Origin: Synechococcus sp. PROS-7-1
Lineage (GTDB): Bacteria > Cyanobacteriota > Cyanobacteriia > PCC-6307 > Cyanobiaceae
DNA length: 24,000 nt
Assembly: GCF_014279795.1 (NCBI RefSeq)
Contig: NZ_CP047945.1
Span: 306,572 to 330,571 of the forward strand
Direction: 5' to 3'
Every line of letters begins with the position of its first letter. Positions within the stretch are counted from its first letter, which is position 1. Made by a program: the position numbers and the translations under genes. This document shows positions 20,747 through 24,000 of this stretch, one piece after another. The notes under the pieces are model-generated. The model had not been told where the DNA came from. It searched no databases and was given only the letters and a program-made list of their open reading frames with translations.

Positions 20747-21307
20747 ATGGCACCGCTGCCAGCCCCCGAGCCCTTCGAGCTGCTGGAAACCATCGAGGTG
20801 ATGCAGGCACGCAAGATCCGCTTCGAGCGCAATCGCATCAAGCTGCCCCTGGGCGTGGAGGGCACCTTTGGACTGATCCGGCATCCGGGCGCATCCCTGG
20901 CGGTGCCGATCACCGATGCGGGCCGGGTGGTGCTGCTGCGTCAATACCGTTTCGCCGTTCAGGCCCGCCTGCTCGAATTCCCCGCTGGCACCCTCGAGGA
21001 TGGGGAGGATCCCCTGGAGTCGATGCAGCGCGAACTCGGAGAGGAAGCCGGTTACAGCGCTGCCGTTTGGGATTCCCTGGGTCCAATGTTGCCTTGCCCA
21101 GGCTATTCCGATGAGGTCATTCACTGTTTTCTGGCCCGGCAGCTCACCCCATTGGCGAACCCACCGGCCGGGGATGAAGATGAGGACCTTGAGGTGTTGG
21201 AGATGACCCCGGCTGAGCTCGACGCTGCCCTGGCCTCCGGTGAGGAATGGCTTGATGGCAAGAGTGTCACGGCCTGGTTCCGTGCCAAGCAACGTCTGGG
21301 TCTGTGA
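20747..21307 (+). CDS. NUDIX hydrolase, ADP-ribose pyrophosphatase-like
   Basis: GTLEDGEDPLESMQRELGEEAGY fits the Nudix box. Confidence 0.92.
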   Translation: MAPLPAPEPFELLETIEVMQARKIRFERNRIKLPLGVEGTFGLIRHPGASLAVPITDAGRVVLLRQYRFAVQARLLEFPAGTLEDGEDPLESMQRELGEEAGYSAAVWDSLGPMLPCPGYSDEVIHCFLARQLTPLANPPAGDEDEDLEVLEMTPAELDAALASGEEWLDGKSVTAWFRAKQRLGL

Positions 21308-22785
21308 TGGCGTCTGCACGCACCCTCTTCTGGCATCGGCGTGACCTGCGGCTGGCGGACAACACTGGTCTTCAGGCTGCTGCGGCTCTCGGTCCGGCGG
21401 TGACCGGGGTTTATGTCCTCGACCCGGCGATCATCACGCCACCTCCGCAGTTGCCGCCCATGGCCCCAGCGCGGCTGTGGTTCCTGGTGGAGAGCCTGGT
21501 CGAACTTCAGGATCGCTGGCGTGAGGCGGGAAGTCGCCTGCTGGTGTTGCAGGGGGATCCGCTCACGTTGCTTCCGCAGCTCGCTGCGCTCCTGGACAGT
21601 TCCACCGTGGTGTGGAGCCGGGATGTGGAGCCCTACGCCCGCGAACGTGATCGCGGCGTGGCGAAGGCTCTGCAGGCCGATGGACGCCAAGTGCTTGTGG
21701 ATTGGGATCAGCTGTTGGTGGCTCCGGAGCTGCTGAAAACCGGCAACGGTGATCCCTATCGCGTGTATGGCCCCTTTCTGCGCAACTGGCGTGGGCAGGT
21801 GGAACGCCTGCGTCCCAGCACTGTGGCTGACCCCACAGACCTCCAGGATCTGACAGCGGAACAGCAGCAGGCGATCAGCTCCACGGAGACGGCGCTTGGC
21901 CGTCTTTGGGCAGATGGGCAGCAGGCTTTGCAGCGTCTGCAAACGGAGCATGGATTCGCCGGTATGAATCTCTGCCCTTGCCGTCCAGGTGAAGCGGCCG
22001 CTGCCGACCAGTTGGCTGTCTTCGCGGATGGTCCGCTTCTGGGTTACGAGCCCGATCGCAATTTCCCCGGCACCGCTGGTACCTCCGGCCTGAGTGCTGC
22101 ACTCAGTGTGGGCACGGTGAGTCCGAGGCAGGCCTGGTGCGCGGCTCAAGCCGCAAAGGATCTGGCCCGTAGTGATGAACAGCGTCAGGCCATCGCCGTG
22201 TGGGAACAGGAGCTGGCCTGGCGTGAGTTCTACCAGCAGGCCCTGTTCCATTTCCCAGAGCTGGCTGATGGTCCTTACAGGGAACAGTGGCGCCGATTCC
22301 CTTGGGAAAACAACGAGGACTGGTTCGACTTTTGGAAGGACGGTCAGACCGGGATGCCGATCATCGACGCGGCCATGCGCCAGCTCCAGCAGAGCGGCTG
22401 GATGCACAACCGCTGTCGCATGATCGTGGCCTCATTCCTGGTGAAGGACCTGATCTGTGACTGGCGCTGGGGTGAGAGGGCCTTCATGGAGCTTGAAGTG
22501 GATGGCGATCTGGCCGCCAACAACGGCGGCTGGCAGTGGAGTGCCAGCAGCGGCATGGATCCCAAGCCCCTGCGCATCTTCAATCCCGCCACCCAAGCGT
22601 CCAAATTCGATGCCGATGGGGACTACATCCGTCGCTGGGTTCCCGAGCTGCGGCATGTGTGCACCAAGGATCTGCTTAGTGGTGAGATCGGTGCTCTGGA
22701 GCGCAGGGGGTACCCGGAACCACTCGTGAATCACAAGATTCAGCAGGCCAAATTCAAAGCGCTCTACGCCACGATCAAAGTCTGA
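21304..22785 (+). CDS. Cryptochrome/photolyase-family protein, probable CPD photolyase
   Basis: TLFWHRRDLRLADNTGL, VQRLRP-like region, ELAWREFYQQALFHFP, GMPIIDAAMRQLQQSGWMHNRCRMIVASFLVKDL, DPKPLRIFNPATQASKFDADGDYIRRWVPEL. Confidence 0.93.
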   Translation: MMASARTLFWHRRDLRLADNTGLQAAAALGPAVTGVYVLDPAIITPPPQLPPMAPARLWFLVESLVELQDRWREAGSRLLVLQGDPLTLLPQLAALLDSSTVVWSRDVEPYARERDRGVAKALQADGRQVLVDWDQLLVAPELLKTGNGDPYRVYGPFLRNWRGQVERLRPSTVADPTDLQDLTAEQQQAISSTETALGRLWADGQQALQRLQTEHGFAGMNLCPCRPGEAAAADQLAVFADGPLLGYEPDRNFPGTAGTSGLSAALSVGTVSPRQAWCAAQAAKDLARSDEQRQAIAVWEQELAWREFYQQALFHFPELADGPYREQWRRFPWENNEDWFDFWKDGQTGMPIIDAAMRQLQQSGWMHNRCRMIVASFLVKDLICDWRWGERAFMELEVDGDLAANNGGWQWSASSGMDPKPLRIFNPATQASKFDADGDYIRRWVPELRHVCTKDLLSGEIGALERRGYPEPLVNHKIQQAKFKALYATIKV

Positions 22786-22789
22786 AGCA

Positions 22790-24000
22790 TCAGGCTGCAA
22801 CGTCGCAGGACTGGTCGGCTTTGAAGTCGCGCTGATTCAGCAAGCTTTTGAGTACGGTGATCACTCGGTCTTGTTGTTCCAGACTGAGTTCGGGAAAAAT
22901 CGGCAGGCTGAGCACCTCACTGCAGAGTTGTTCAGTGATCGGTAGAGACCCAGGCGCCAGATTTAGATCGCCGTAAGCCGGTTGGCGATGAATGGGGATC
23001 GGGTAGTAGATGATCGTGTTTACGCCCTGTTGCTGAAGACTTTGCTTCAGCCAGTCGCGGCAGCGGCTGTCGGGAAGTCCATGCTCACTGCAGGCCGCCG
23101 GGCAGCTGCCGCTGCAGAGTTCCTGCCCGCTCGCGCAGCGATGAACGCGGATCACGAACTGATTCCAGCCATGGCCTCCGTGGGCGTCTGGCTCCGGAAG
23201 CTGCAAACCAGGAAGATTTTGAAGGGCTTCGCTGTAGCGGGCTGCAATGGCACCGCGGCGCTTCACCCACTGATTGAGATGGGGCAATTTCACATTGAGC
23301 ACAGCCGCCTGCAGGGCATCGAGCCGGCTGTTGTAACCGAGCTCGGTGTGCAGATAACGGCGTGGCATGCCGTGAACGGCCAGTTCGCGCATCCGCTGAG
23401 CCAGTTCAGGGCTATGACAACAAACGGCTCCGCCGTCGCCGGCTGCACCGAGATTCTTTGTGGGGAAAAAACTGAAGCAACCCACGTCCCCCCAACTGCC
23501 CACGCCCCGTCCGGCCCAATGGGCACCGGTGGCCTGAGCGCAGTCTTCGACCACCTGCAAGCCATGGCGTTCAGCGATGGCCATCAGCCGTGTCATGTCC
23601 ACGGGCCTGCCGAACAAATGCACTGGAAGCAGCGCACGGGTTCTGGGGGTGATCGCCGCCTCGATGCGGTTGAGGTCGATCAGATAGGTCGCGGGGTCGA
23701 CGTCCACGAACACCGGCGTGGCGCCTACGGCACTAATCGCTTCCGCCGTGGCAAAAAAACTGAAGGATGCGGTGATCACTTCATCGCCGCTGCCGATCCC
23801 CAGGCCTCGCAAGGCCAAGACAAGGGCATCCGTACCGCTGTTGCAGCCCACGGCATGGGCAGTCCCCACGGCCTCTGCGAAGGAGCGCTCGAACGCCTGG
23901 ATCTCGGAGCCGCCGATGTACTGACCGCTGTGCAGCACCCGAAGCGCTGCGGCATCGAGTTCCTGCCCGAGATCCGCGAGCTGTTGGCTGAGACTGAAGG
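22790..24000 (-). CDS. DegT/DnrJ/EryC1/StrS-family PLP-dependent sugar aminotransferase, truncated by the right window edge
   Basis: VGCNSGTDALVLALRGLGIGSGDEVI, VEDCAQATGAHWAGRGVGSWGDVGCFSFFPTKNLGAAGDGG, GYNSRLDALQAAVL. The frame stays open past the track start (23938) to 24000, coding FSLSQQLADLGQELDAAALRVLHSGQYIGG, which looks like the genuine N-terminal region. Confidence 0.93.
   Translation of the reverse strand, partial: FSLSQQLADLGQELDAAALRVLHSGQYIGGSEIQAFERSFAEAVGTAHAVGCNSGTDALVLALRGLGIGSGDEVITASFSFFATAEAISAVGATPVFVDVDPATYLIDLNRIEAAITPRTRALLPVHLFGRPVDMTRLMAIAERHGLQVVEDCAQATGAHWAGRGVGSWGDVGCFSFFPTKNLGAAGDGGAVCCHSPELAQRMRELAVHGMPRRYLHTELGYNSRLDALQAAVLNVKLPHLNQWVKRRGAIAARYSEALQNLPGLQLPEPDAHGGHGWNQFVIRVHRCASGQELCSGSCPAACSEHGLPDSRCRDWLKQSLQQQGVNTIIYYPIPIHRQPAYGDLNLAPGSLPITEQLCSEVLSLPIFPELSLEQQDRVITVLKSLLNQRDFKADQSCDVAA

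Noticed and set aside
21121-22407. 428 aa minus-strand ORF
   Set aside because: Antisense to the photolyase gene; no family motifs.

Overview
This is an ordinary high-GC cyanobacterial chromosome window that reads like the Synechococcus/Cyanobium lineage. Most of it is well-known housekeeping, photosynthesis and cell-surface glycan genes. Glycan genes: a WbpM/FlaA1-like dehydratase (8-1939), a UDP-glucose dehydrogenase with a nucleotide-sugar epimerase (7.56-10.06 kb), and a DegT-type aminotransferase running off the right edge. Photosynthesis genes: rubredoxin-ycf48-psbE-psbF-psbL-psbJ on the minus strand, divergent ndhC-ndhK-ndhJ, and chlD. Others: hisS, a YvcK-family gene, an MlaF/MlaD-like pair, folK, a NUDIX hydrolase and a photolyase. 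psbF and psbL are absent from the supplied ORF track because they are short, but I could read them directly. The most accessory-looking part is 1.94-6.2 kb. It holds a VapBC-like pair, an amidase-like gene, an intact HEPN/MNT pair, a DUF218-like gene, and a second HepT/MNT locus. In that second locus the HEPN protein keeps its RX4HXY motif, but the nucleotidyltransferase gene is frameshifted and internally deleted. I found no CRISPR array, transposase, tRNA or rRNA, and no convincing evidence of a completely new system. The strongest leads are the HepT with a broken MntA partner, the amidase/HEPN/MNT gene string, and a long GC-rich hairpin between ycf48 and psbE.
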